DNA of 58,490 nucleotides, filler included, from Jimgerdemannia flammicorona (Eukaryota): the NCBI GenBank assembly GCA_003990765.1. It is 2 parts of 2 records of this genome, joined end to end, with 100 filler letters (N's around TTAATTAATTAA, not from the genome) between each part and the next. Parts side by side here need not be neighbours in the genome. Positions count along the whole stretch, not along the records: positions 29,300 to 58,490 come from RBNJ01000511.1; 1 more part is not named here. One strand, 5' to 3'. This document shows, piece after piece, positions 41,378 through 53,736 of this stretch; the stretch's first letter is position 1, and each line of letters begins with the position of its first letter. The notes under the pieces were generated by a model that saw only the letters and a list, made by a program, of their open reading frames with translations, made no database searches and was not told the origin of the DNA. Both the position numbers and the translations under genes were made by a program.

Positions 41378-44300
41378 ATGTCCTTCCCCGAACTTCCAAC
41401 CCCCTCGCTTGACGAAATCAAGACTTGGGATGAACACAGAGTCTTTGAGCACTTTCAACACCCTGCTTTCCAATTGAAACCTGACCATGTGGCAACCTTG
41501 CGCGATCAGGATACAGACGGAGCTGCTCTAATTATACTCACCGAAAATGACCTATTGAGACCTCCATATAACTTACGAGGCGGGCCTGTGAAGAAAATTA
41601 TGAACGAGATTGCCAGATTGAAAGGTAATTGTCATCATATTTATTCTGAATAACAGTCGTGGAGGGGCAACAAGGCTTCGTCCAACCCGTCGTTCGGTAA
41701 TGGCCACACCGACGGCAATAAACATCCCTTAAATTTGACTAGGAACGAGCGGTCAAGAGTCATCTATGGAAGGTGTGTAATATTTCCTTTGCTTTTGGTA
41801 ATTATTGCCTTGGCGCAACATAAAACTATATCTGAGATCATATTATAACTTGTGTTTGTCATTGTTTGACAGCTATTGCCCGGAGCACTGTGGAAGCTAG
41901 AATTAGGAATGAAATCGAAATCGAACTGGTGACAAAGAAGATCGATCAACTTCGTAAAGAACGATCGGAACTTCGTGAAAAAGATATCCTACTCCTCGAG
42001 CTCCAGAAAGAACAGCAGCGAGGTAGGTAGATTTTACGGTTTTATTGTGCAGTCATTTAAAGGGATAAAATTTCGGAAACCCCGCGAACATTTTACTGAT
42101 AATATATATATAACCAGGCTTATCTTCCAATCTGCCGTCGGTTAGTAGCATCGGTATTTTTTAGTGTCAGATTTTCGGGATGCGATTTTTATGCAACTTC
42201 CGTTTTCCTCCACACGTATATATTGTACAGGGCATGAGGCGTGATTCAGAAGAGATAAAAATCGACAAGAGAGACATCTTTAGCAGCCTCGACGAACTTC
42301 ACAGCAAGGTTGACAGTCTGCCCAAGACTATACTTGATCTTCATGAGGATATAGTCCCGCGACTCTTTTTCATCTTTCCCGAGGATGGTCATTGGTGGGC
42401 ACCATCAATTGACAGCCTCTTCATCAAAACGTTCCGTCTATACTTTCTATGCGAACACGAAGTAATCGAAAACGGCAGCACGAAAAAACAGTTCCATCTG
42501 GCATATCATGACGGTTACCATGTTGCCCGACCACGCGAGGTGGATTATTTTGATATTCGATAGACTATTACAATTCGAGTTCTTATTATTTATTATTTTT
42601 AACATATCTTCTTGAAATTATTTTAGTTTGTAGCTAAATATGGAGCATATATATGTTTGGTATGTTGTCTGTTTGAGCTTGAGCGTCCGAACTCTCTTTG
42701 CACGCCATCTAATATTTCTCGTATAAAATAGATTTTGCCTTGTCTATCACTGGCCGTACGCTTGGGAGGACACCTATTAGAACGTGTGCTTACATTCGGG
42801 GAAGCGACTTCAACAGCATACAAGGCAAAAGAGGCATCCATCTTTACGGACTACGAGCTTGAGTTCTGCGCAGAGACTGAGAAATGCTTTAAGATGATTG
42901 TCTCCAACCTCGAGGCTACTGATATCCACGTCAAAAAATATACAACTAATGTTCCACGGTCGGATCAGATTCAAGAAGGATCGTTAGGACTGATAGAAAG
43001 ACCTGATTTACGAGAACTTCAAGGTGCAGCAATACATCGATTTTCTTTGTTAAAGTGTGCACGCGCGGATTTCTGTATATGCTCATGATTTCTTTTCGAA
43101 TTTTGGCTTATAGCTTATCTTAAGGGTATAGATAACTCCAACCGACTTGGGAATCTGCAGCGTGTGCTCCGTCGTGGCAAAAACGGTAGTATAACAGTTC
43201 GATGGGTATGCAAGAATCATGCCTCAGAATGGGACACGACAAACGCTGTTCAGAGTCTTCAGACAGCCATCCAGAACAATTCCATAAATGGAAACATTGG
43301 GTTTGACGACGGGACCCTGGAGCTGATGTTCGTATTATTTACCGGTATTTTAAATTCATCCCGTATCGTTTATATATACTCAGATGGTCTTTATTATTAT
43401 TATTATCAGGATCAAAGGATTGTTAAGAGGACCTTTGCATACATTTCGAAATTCGGTGGCTCACGTGCTGTCAAGTATCCCGCTGCGGAAGATCAGGTAA
43501 TCAGTTTGACTTTAAGCTTTCTTTGCTTTCCTAGAAGGTCTAATGAGTGAGCAAACTCTAGTTTTGTAGATTGCAAAAATGCTGATCCAGAAGATATTGA
43601 AGCTTTTTTCAATGCTCTATCCATTATTGAAATTCTTGAGTAAGTTATATTGAATTATTGTTTAATGAACTTTATATAATAAATTGTAATATATCTTACT
43701 ATTGCCATACCTATATAGGGTGACATATATGGATATAGAAAATATAGGGTATGATAATTTATTGTTACATGTTTTGTCCAATGGCTAGCTGATTGAAAAC
43801 TCCATGATAGTTGCTAAAAAAAATCAATGATTATTGATCTATAGAATTACAAAAATCCTTCAAAAGTGTATCCACCTTAAATATTTGGATCTTCCAGGTA
43901 CACTATAATATAGTTACATTTTATATTTGAGATTTTCATCTCTGTGGATTTTTATGAGCTTTTGGGAGCAATGTCGGCAACAATGAACACGAATCCCCAT
44001 TTGGTTTTTCGTAACTGTTGGCTGTATCTAATCTTTTTCTGTCTCTACAGACTGTAATATTGGTTATAAGGAAACCAGTTTGCTAGCTGAAGCGCTGAAA
44101 CTGAACACAAGCCTGCAAACCCTGAATCTGGAACGTATGTGTGAATGAAACGCATTACATTTTTGTATTAATATGTTTGGTGTTCTAGCTAACAATCACG
44201 CCTAAATTTATGTATTTATCGGTAGGAAATGGTATTGACGAGAAGGGGGCCAGTGTGCTAGCTGAAGCACTGAAAATGCACACGAGCCTGCAAAACCTAA

Positions 44301-46523
44301 ATCTACGAGGTATGTAACGATGTGGAGAACGATATTGTTGAATACTTCTGTTTGTTGTTCTAGTTGGCAATTATGCATATACCTTTGCTGTAGACAATAA
44401 TATTGGCGAGAATGGAGCCAGCGCACTAGCTGAAGTACTGAAAGTGAATACGAGTCTGAAAACCCTGAATCTAGGAAGTATGTAGCAATGAAACCTGTCA
44501 TATTTTACATTCATATGTTTAGTGTTCTAACTGACAGCCCCGCATATAGATTTTTCGTTGTTCTCTGTAGAGAATAATTTTGGTGAGATAGGGGCCAGCG
44601 CACTAGCCGAAGCATTGAAGATGAACACGAGTCTGCAAACCCTGGAGCTAGGAGGTAATTATGTAGCAATGAAGCACATTAAATTTTTTGCATTCACCTG
44701 TTAGCACCCTAGCCGACAACCACGCGTATACATTGTAGGCAATAGTATTAGCGAGATGGGAGCCAGCGCGCTAGCCGAAGCGCTGAAGACGAACACGAAC
44801 CTGCGAAACCTAAATTTAAAAGGTATGTAGAAATGAAGCACACCATATTGATTATGTTTAACATTCTGGTTTACAACCACGCGTATACATTTTATGTGTT
44901 CCTCTGTAGGCACAGGTATCGGAGAGAAGGGAGCCAGCGCACTGGCCGAAGCATTGAGAATAAACTCGAGTCTGCAAACCCTTAATGTGGGAAGTATGTA
45001 GAAATGAAGTGTATTATATTTCTGTATGCATCTGTTTTGAATTCTATCTGACAACGTGTGTATACATTTTATGTGTTCCTTTGTAGAGAATGGCATTGGC
45101 GAGAAGGGAGCCAACGCAATAGCCGAAGTACTGAAAATGAACACGAGCTTGAGAAATCTGAATCTACACGGTATGTGTAAATGTAGCATATTATCTTTTG
45201 TATCAATCGGTTTGGTGTTCTTACACGCATACATTTATATAGACAATGATATTGGCGAGAAGGGAGCCAGCGCACTAGCCAAAGCATTGAAGATGAACAC
45301 GAGCCTGCAAAAAATAGGGCTAGGAAGTATGTAGGAATGAAGCGCGCTATATTTTGTATTAATTTTTTTTACTCTTCTAGCTGACAACCGCGTTTATACA
45401 TTTTATGCGTTCCTCTATAGGCAATGGTATTGGCGAAAAGGGAGCTGGCACATTAGCCGAAGCACTGAAAATAAACACGAACCTGCGAACCCTAAATTTA
45501 CAAAGTATGTGGCAAAGAAGCACATTATATTTTTCATTCATCTGTTGAGTGTTCCAGCTGTCAACCATGCATATACATTTGATATCTTCCTCTAGACAAC
45601 CGTATTCGCGAGAACGGAGCCAGCACACTAGCCGAAGCACTGAAAATGAACAGGAGCCTGCAATGCTTATATCTACAATGTAAGTAGATATAAAGTGCAT
45701 CACGTTATTGCATTCATCTGTTTAGTGTCCTAGCTGACAACCGCGCGTACGAATTTTTTGTGTTCCTTTGTAGACAATTATATTAACGACCAGGGAGCCA
45801 GTGAACTAGCCGAAGCATTGAAATTGAACACGAGCCTCCAAAACCTGGATCTAAAATGTAATTATGTAGGAATTAAGAACATTATCTTTTACACTCATCT
45901 GTTTAGAGTAATAGCTGACAACCACACGCATACATTTTTTGTGTTCCTCGGTAGGCAATCGTATTTACGATCAGGGAGCCAGCGAGCTAGCCGAAGCACT
46001 GAGAATGAACACGAGCCTGCAAACACTGGATCTAGAAAGTACGTAGGAATGAAGCGCATTATAATTTTGCATTAATTTGTTTAGTGTTCTAGCTGACAAT
46101 CACGAGTATGCATGTTTTGTGTTTTTCTGTAGACAATCGTATTTACGATCATGGAGCCCACGCACTAGCCGAAGCACTGATAATAAACACGAGCCTGCAA
46201 AACCTGTATCTACAGTGTATGTAGGAATGAAGCACATCACTTGTTGGCATTCTGTTTTTAGTGTTCTAGCTGATAATCACGTGTATACCTTTTTGCGTTC
46301 CCTGCAGACAATCGTATTTACGATCAGGGAGCCAGCGAACTAGTCGAAGCACTGAGAATGAACACTAGCCTACAAAATTTGGATCTACGATGTATGTAGG
46401 AATGAAGCCCACACATTTTTGCACTCATCTGTTTAATGTTCTAGCTGACAACCACGCTTATGTTCCTCTGTAGCCAATAACATAAGGCGGAAAGTCAACA
46501 CAAACTTCAGAGTCTTGTTTTAA
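41378..46523 (+). CDS. SAM / coiled coil / COR-like / RI-type LRR protein (NLRC3-like repeats), about 27 exons
   Basis: An open spliced model can be built with GT-AG introns throughout. SAM-like exon 41378-41624 (DQDTDGAALIILTENDL..GGPVKKI), coiled coil 41873-42022, LHEDIVPRLFFIFP..FRLYFLCEH..HLAYHDGY..PREFVAKYG, DLRELQAYLKGID..LGNLQRV..VRWVCKNH, degenerate LRRs, 14 regular LRR exons, terminal exon 46474-46523. The junctions between ~43300 and ~43850 are the least certain. Confidence 0.85.
44051..46391 (+). repeat. Tandem array of 14 intron+exon units, one 28-aa LRR per 84-nt exon
   Basis: Exons start at 44051, 44226, 44394, 44571, 44739, 44910, 45087, 45243, 45421, 45596, 45774, 45955, 46133 and 46308. 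Each is exactly 84 nt, phase 1/1 and stop-free, with consensus xNxIxxxGASxLAEALKxNTSLQxLxLx. Introns share GTATGTAGGAATGAAGC..GTTCTAGCTGACAACCAC..GTTCCTCTGTAG. Confidence 0.95.
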
Positions 46524-46617
46524 GAAGTATGTGAAAGTGGAGCATATTGCGTTTTTGCATCCATCTGTTTATCTTATAGCTGACAACCACACGTATGCAT
46601 TATGCGTTCCTCTGTAG

Positions 46618-46775
46618 CAAATAATATCGGAGCTGATTATGACAGATATCTATACACAAAAACATTTCTTCATCTCCACAAGCTCATGCCAATAAAAACG
46701 TCATGTCATCCCAGCCCTCGTCATCGACCACCGAACATCACGTGGTCACTCCGCCACTTCATAGCGTGTGGCTAA
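46618..46775 (+). other. Possible alternative terminal exon of the LRR gene
   Basis: Preceded by a full array-type intron (branch GCTGAC, TTCCTCTGTAG). Phase-1 open frame xNNIGADYDRYLY...IACG*. Confidence 0.45.
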
Positions 46776-48415
46776 ACAAGACCTTAAAGTACCACCCATG
46801 CTCACTTGTTCACATCCTACACCTAAGGCAAACATAACCGCTTCTTATACCCTACGCCTAGGGTATACATAACCGATTCTCACATACCCTACACCTAACC
46901 GATCCGCGACGGAACTGCACTGCCACATCCAGAGGCTGGGCAACGTTATCACCTGGCGTATAGCAATTCAGCCCCAAAGGATATGTTTACATATTGTGTG
47001 TCAATTTATTCTCGTGGTCATATAGGGGTGCCCACGATGCACGACAATAGTTTTATTTTGTTTTATCTGATGCTTTATTTTTTGATTCCGCAACCTCTCT
47101 TTGTTTCGTTTGCACCCGTTTGTTCTTTTCACACACAGAATGGCTCTCTCCGAGAGGATAACCCATATCGACCGCTTCGGTGTGCCCTGCTCTGGTGTCC
47201 GCCAATTGCTGAAGGAGGCGGCGAAACCAAAATGGACGCGGTGTAAATTGAGGGGGTCGGATACGTTGGTAAGTTGGGTTGGTGTAGGTTTAGGAATTTA
47301 GAGGGTTCGACAGAGGCGGTATACAGGACATTGGAAAACTTGATCGTCGGGGCTGGTAAAGACGTTGGGGTGCGTGAGTCATTTTAACAATTCTCATTCA
47401 CTCTATGACAAAATGTTATTTAATCTGTTTAACGACTCAGGTAAAAACTGACAGACGAATCACTCTCCGAGCGGCACTCCCTGCCCTATACAAACCACAG
47501 ACAAGACTAGGGACACGACCGCCGCGCACATCTCCATCCACAAGCGCTGCGGCCTTGTCGATTTCGGCATCTACATCTGCGGACGTCGATGAGCGCCACA
47601 TTGGCAGTTTGGAGATAGACATTGAGCGATGCTGCTGATAATAGCGCTGCTGGGCTTCAATGACGAAGACGTCAACGATGGCAATGGTGGTGGCAGTCGC
47701 CGCAGCCTACCTGCCGACCAATGGGGGAAATCCGCCTACGTGACCTGGCGACACCAGTGCCTCGTCCGGCACCGTCAGCGCCGCCTCGTCTAGTACCTTT
47801 TCGTCTAGCACCGCTAGGACCGCTCCCAGCATTTCCCCCATCCTGCTTCAGAGGCAAAGCAAGGGAGGTGCTGCACCTGAAGAAGGACGGTGGCCTGAGG
47901 ACGAGGGGGTGACGACGACTGTTGAAAAAGATCTGCCGGCGGATCCTATAAAGCGTCGGGAAATCCTGGTCTTCAGGATTCGGTCGTTGAATATCCGGAA
48001 AGCTGCTAGGATGGCGGCCCAGGAGAAGGAAAAGTAGTGGTGCGAAAACATGAGGAGAGGGACACACGGAAGTAGCGAGGGAAATAGCAGGAGGGGGGGT
48101 GGGGGTGGGCCGGCGGCAAGGTGTTGATGACGCTTCGCTGTCGAGAGAGAGGGGAGGCATACATTTGTATTTTTAATCGTCAGGTGATTATGTTCTTGCT
48201 TCATGCGGTTACCAGATTAACCACGGCTGAATTGGAGCACTAAGATCGACTTAGAGTAACTTTGCCTCTCTAATATTTTTATGGAAAAATGGGCAGTAAA
48301 ACCGGAACTATGAAGCTGATCACGACCTGAATATTGGTGAACCATTTGTTTATGTACGATCACATCGAATTCACGATTTATGTACGGTTGCTTATCGCCT
48401 GTTATTTTTTTTTAG

Positions 48416-49168
48416 AAAACAGCGTCGGCTAAGGCTCTGAAGCAGAATACGACCTTTACCGAGCCAAAGCTCGAGGTATGGTAGATTGTAAACTACTGTT
48501 TGCATCTGCATGATGGAGTCAAACTCACCGTTTGCGCGTGTTCACTCTTCACGTACTCATCCTCGGGGAACTACATCGGCGACGAGCCATCGTCCGTCGT
48601 CGTCCGTCCTGTGGCCCGTCGTTCATCATCCATTGTCGTCCTGTGGTCCGTCGTCTGTCGCCCATCGTTGTCCTTTTGTCCGTTCTCCTGCTGTCTGTCG
48701 TTCATCGTCCATCGTCGTCCTACGATCCATCATCACCCTGCGGTCAATCGTCGTCCTGCGGTCCATCGTCCTCATGCGAACCATCGTTATTATGCGGTCC
48801 ATCCGTCGTCCTGCAGTCCATCGTCGTCCGAACGACGATAAACCGTAGAACGACGATTAACCGCAGAACGTGGATCGACGGTTAACCGCAGAACGCGAAG
48901 CGACGATTAACCACAGAATTAACATTATCCACAGAATGCAGAACGGCGATTAATCATCGCCGCTGAGTGACTCAGTAGTCAATGGCCTCGGATTGGGTTC
49001 GGATTGGGTTCGGATTGGGTCCGGATTGCGATACGAAGCTTTATGTGCCATTGAATCAATCTCACGATCGGTGAATATTCGTTCACCCCCTACCCACCTC
49101 CAGACAATATTAACGATGAAGGGCCTCACACCGCTGTGCCTGAAGCAGAATACGACCCGAATCTTGTG
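48416..49168 (+). pseudogene. Orphan degenerate LRR exons (second subfamily, LKQNTT type)
   Basis: AG-flanked relics at 48416-48475 (AKALKQNTT) and 49104-49168 (NINDEG..LKQNTT) with GTATG donors, plus a truncated start at ~48567-48587 (GNYIGDE, acceptor mutated). Interrupted by TCGTC-rich simple repeats. Confidence 0.7.
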
Positions 49169-51269
49169 GTATGTCAAAATTTATGGATAATTGTTTGCAG
49201 CTGCATGACAGAGTCTATTGGGAAAACGGCCTATTCTTAAAAAAAAAAAAAAAAAAAAAAAAGAGCTCATCTTGCTCCGTATTCGCCACCGCATCGTTCT
49301 AGGTATTATAGATAATTGCTGCAAAAGCTCCGAATTTTGTCTGTGGAAATTGGATAAGCGAAACTCGTACAGGATCCGAATCAGTCATTCATCGTCGTCG
49401 TTCTGTGTTTGTCCTGCATTATGCGGTTCATCATCGTTCCCCATTCGTTTTGTCATGCGTCCTGCGATTCATCGTCGTTCCGCGTTCGTCCTAGCCTAAA
49501 TGGGTTTAAAGACACTGGACAAGGCATTCGGCGCAAGGTCCTTGACAATGGCAAAGTGTACACCATTGACGTGAGATTGGCGTGGTGCTGCTCCACAATT
49601 TTGTTATTTATTTATTTATTTTGGAAAGGGGGAGGATAGTTGATATTATCTGCGGTCTGCGTCATTTAGTCGAGCTCAACCACCACCGTTCCCTTACTTC
49701 CCTGCAACATACAGGCAGCCGAACGCTTCCGATTCGGAATCGCCCGCAGATTGGACGAGGAAGTCAATCAGGACGAAAAGGTATTTGTGCTATAGCAACT
49801 TATGAGAATAATGGAGCAAATAAATTATTTTCTTGCTCGAGACTGTGACGTCACCATCGGACTGAGACGTCACCGGAACGTGACGTGATCGGCTTTGCGT
49901 CATCATCGTCAATTCCTGTCGGCAATCATGTTTTCTCAGGAGGCTCTCAAGACGCGGAGGAGGTAGTGGATGAGGCGGTGGCAGAGGAGGATAGGCGCTC
50001 AGGCGCGCAGTTGAGGCGGTGAATCTCCCCCCACCAAGGACGATGCCGTCACTACAACGTGATCTCGCACGTGATCTTGCACGGTCACCAATGTAGATAA
50101 TGTGTAATGTGGATAATGCGGATAATACGGATAATGCGTATGCAGAATGCGGATAATGTCTACGAATAAGTCAGCCAATTATTACGTCACATGACCTGTC
50201 GTAACGTCACGGTGTCCCGCGAGACCGGGTCTCGTCACTCGTTCCGTTCGGAGCATATTATAGAAGAACATTATTATATGAACCACGTGTATAGAACATT
50301 ACCTGAAGGAACTTACTGGTTGTATTGACCATTTTTCGTGGTGCGGAGGTCATTGACGCGGATGGTGTTGGTGCGGAGAGTGTTTTTTTTTTTTTTTTTT
50401 TTTAATAGCGGTAATAGTATCACCAACATATTTACTACCTAATACTTCTAACTCTGTTTGATAGCTCCTTTGATTAGTGAGAGTGTTTTTAATTTAGTAG
50501 GTAATAAGTCGAAATCAAATTGAATATTTTCAACCTACTTATTTAATAGCGTTTTTCGAGAATATTTTGTTTGGTCTGATGGGCCAGAGGGTGTTGGTGC
50601 GGAGGGTGCCAGTGCGGAAGGTGCGGAAGGCGACGTCGATGCGGCCAGAATCCGTCCGGAGTGCCCTGGTGTGGACAATATCAAGGAGGAGGGAACGAAA
50701 AATTGGTGTGGACAGCATCGATGCGGACAGCACCCCTGGTCATGTTGACGGGAGGATAACTTTTCGAGGACAAACTACACCAGGCAATATCATGACCAGT
50801 GCCGTTTATCAGAAAGGTGCAAGTGCGCTGCTCGAAAACAGAGGACCCTGCCGAGACGCGACATCGCGGCCTGCTGAGTACACCATCAGTGCGGACGGGA
50901 CGGGTATGGACGGGACCAGTGTGGACAGCGTGGGTGTAAGGGACATACATTTAAGTAAACATACCAAAGTGAATCAAAGATAATTATAGCCTCAACCATA
51001 GTAAAAAAATAAAAATAAAAGTAAAATAAAAACAAACCCGAACACTTTTGATAGTGCTCCAAATGTTTGAGATCTCGGAGTTGGCTGAGAAGGTAGTCAG
51101 GCGAGCGGCGCATCGTCACTTAGCGGTTCGATCCTGTTTTAGGCATCACGACGGTTTGACCGACTTGGCGGCCATTGATTGAATTATGAGATCGAATTCT
51201 GAGTGGGCACACAAGTGTCCATCACCCTCCTATTAATAATCATTGGCAGAATGGGAGAGAGCAACATTC

Positions 51270-51410
51270 TGTCGTCGTTTGCCCAATAATCGGTATTCTC
51301 CCTGTGCAAATAATTGTCATCCTGCCTGCCAATAATCGCCATTCTGCTAAATAATCATCATTCTGCCAAATAATCATCGTTCTGCCAAATAATCATCGTT
51401 CTGCCAATAA
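51270..51410. repeat. Short tandem repeats of ~19 bp (TGCCAAATAATCATCGTTC)
   Basis: Seen directly, with several degenerate copies. Confidence 0.75.
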
Positions 51411-52294
51411 TGGTTACACGGGTCCGGGACGATCGGCCGATCGGAATCGGACCGAACCGAACCCGTAAATTTCCACAACACAGATCACGTGCTCCATCCA
51501 CCTTACCCACTAACCTGGTCAAATATATAACCCGTTGTATCTCAGTCAGATCAGATTACGCCTGGTAAGGCGTGACAGCAAAGACTTTGAGGCCACGCCT
51601 CGCCAGGGTCGGTTTCGAATTTCCATAGAGCGCTAGCACATCTCTACCATTGTTTTTTCAAAACCCAAATTTGATGACGTCACATGGTGGCGATAAAAAA
51701 ATAGATGCAAGGGTGGTTGGTTGCTTCTTCTACGCGTTCAAGCATTTCTAACCCAAACTTCACCACACCATGACTTTCTCCTCCTTGAATACCCTGCTGG
51801 AAACCATCACTGTGGTTCTCCAAGTTATGCGCCATTAAAACAAATATGCATCCACTCACACAGGTTGTTTATTTCACATTATTAAGGTTAAAGGTTCCCA
51901 CTGCCTCCTTCATCAGGCACGCCCCCCAACTCGATACCTCCTATTCTGTCTATACTGTGCTGTCCGCACTAGCCATACCGATGCCCTTCGCGCTGGGGTG
52001 GCTGACTTCGAGCTTCCCGTGCTGATGCTTTCCGTCCCGCCGCCTAAAGAGCAAAAAGAAGGTGAAGCACAATATCGAACAGTGCGCAGAGAGAAGAATT
52101 TTGATCAGAATTCTTGTAGTATGCTTGGAGAGCGGCAGATCTCTAGAGAAAATTGAGCAAGACTGGAGAGGTAACCGTTGACGGTATTACACCTTCGATG
52201 TAAAAGCTCAGGCGTTTAGGATAGACTAGAACAGCCAAGAACCCCAATGGCAATACGACGAGGCTTAAAACTCCGCCCTCGGAGCCTCGCTACA

Positions 52295-52710
52295 TCTTCC
52301 AAGGATCGCAAAATTGACATGGTGCGACGCCTTATGGTAGGCGATCAACGCGTTAAAACGCGTAATTCACCTCCCAAAAAGTACGACAAGGTCAGAGTCA
52401 TCAAGGGTGAGCCCCGCAGACGGCTGGGAGAACTATGCCGGACTCTTCCAAGGATCGCAAAGCTGACATGGTGCGACGCCATATGGAGAACGATCAACGC
52501 GTTGAATCGCGTAATTCACCTCCCAAAAAGTACGACAAGGTCAGAGTCATCAAGGGCGAGTTCCGCACACGGCTGGGAGAACTACGCTGGACTCTTCAAA
52601 GGATCGCAAAGCTGACATGGTGCGACACCTTATGGAAAACGATCAACGCGTTAAAAGGCGTAATTCACCTCCCAAAAAGTATGACAAGTTCAGGGTCATC
52701 AAGGGCGAGT
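52295..52710 (+). repeat. Three tandem 149-bp repeats containing a SAP/HeH-like coding fragment
   Basis: TCTTCMAAGGATCGCAAARYTGACATGGTGCGAC at 52295, 52444 and 52593. KDRKIDMVRRLMVGDQR resembles RDPKTDMVRRLLEDDQR at ~57685. Confidence 0.85.
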
Positions 52711-52727
52711 TATGCACTATGCTGGAC

Positions 52728-52884
52728 TAGTGCTCCCAAATAAATCGAATCAATTTGAATTGAATCGAATTGGGGTTGATTTGAATTGAATCAAATTGAA
52801 GATTTTTTTGATTTGAATCAAGTTGAGGTCTATTGAATTGAATTGGCCCTCAATTCAATTTAATTTGATTCATTCTAAGCACTA
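52728..52884. mobile_element. hAT-type MITE, 157 bp
   Basis: Ends TAGTGCT...AGCACTA with 8-bp TSD TGCTGGAC (52720-52727 and 52885-52892). Internal GAATT/GAATC repeats. Confidence 0.85.
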
Positions 52885-53736
52885 TGCTGGACAAATGAGT
52901 CAGGTTTATAGATACAGCTAATTATAAATTTATAGATATGATTTATTTGGCAAAGTTTTTGAGAAGTAAGATGTATCTGGAAAATAAGATATAGGGTTCA
53001 AAGATGATATTGCCAAATTCTAGAAAAAATTAAAGTTATATATTATAATAAGTATATTGCAAATTACTACCTATACTATTCTGTAACAAAATATATATAT
53101 TTAAATTTGTAACTCTATCAATATAAATACTATTGAGCTAAAAATACAATAACTTAGTTATTAGTTTAGTTAACTAAATTAACTAAATTTTATAATAGTT
53201 ATATATAACTATTTAAATAATATAATATAATTATAATATATTATATAATACTAAATTATTTAAATTTAACTTTATATTCTTTCAGACTTAATTATTTAAA
53301 TTTTTATCTTATTTTTAATCAATTTTAATTAAATCTACTTTACATTAAGCATTAGATAATATCTTTTCAAATTATAAAAGGTCTTAATTAAATGTTACAT
53401 ATATCAAATTAAAATTTACAAGTAGAAAAAATGATAATATTTAAAAGAAATTATATTTTTATAATGTATTTTATTTTATTTTATTTATTAAAATTAACTT
53501 TATTTTAATATAAATTCTTACTTAATAATCTTAATAATTTATCATTTTATTGGTAGCTTATAAATATAATCTAAAGGAGATGTTGATAGTATAAAATACA
53601 TTGTAATAAGGTCTAAATTATCAGCCAAAAAAAAAAAAAAAGGCTATTAAAGGGGAATAAATGAATACACGGGCTTGATTCCATCGCACGGCTGTACACA
53701 ATGATGCACACAATGCTTCTCACAGCTCCAACATAC

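Noticed and set aside
44185..45703. Minus-strand ORFs of up to 177 aa over the LRR array
   Set aside because: Antisense shadows of the repetitive exon/intron array. The splice signals and LRR consensus are on the + strand.
44051..46391. CRISPR-like repeat/spacer periodicity
   Set aside because: The units are spliceosomal introns plus coding exons in a eukaryote, and no cas genes are present.
48590..49030. ORFs in TCGTC-rich sequence and TCGGATTGGGT repeats
   Set aside because: Low-complexity simple repeats, open in several frames by chance. Not a telomere array.
51520..51635. tRNA-like segment (TATA, TCTCAGTC, ACGCC-TGGTAA-GGCGT hairpin, TTCGAAT)
   Set aside because: The acceptor stem and anticodon loop do not fit a canonical cloverleaf by eye. 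At best a decayed tRNA or SINE head, and it needs tRNAscan-SE.
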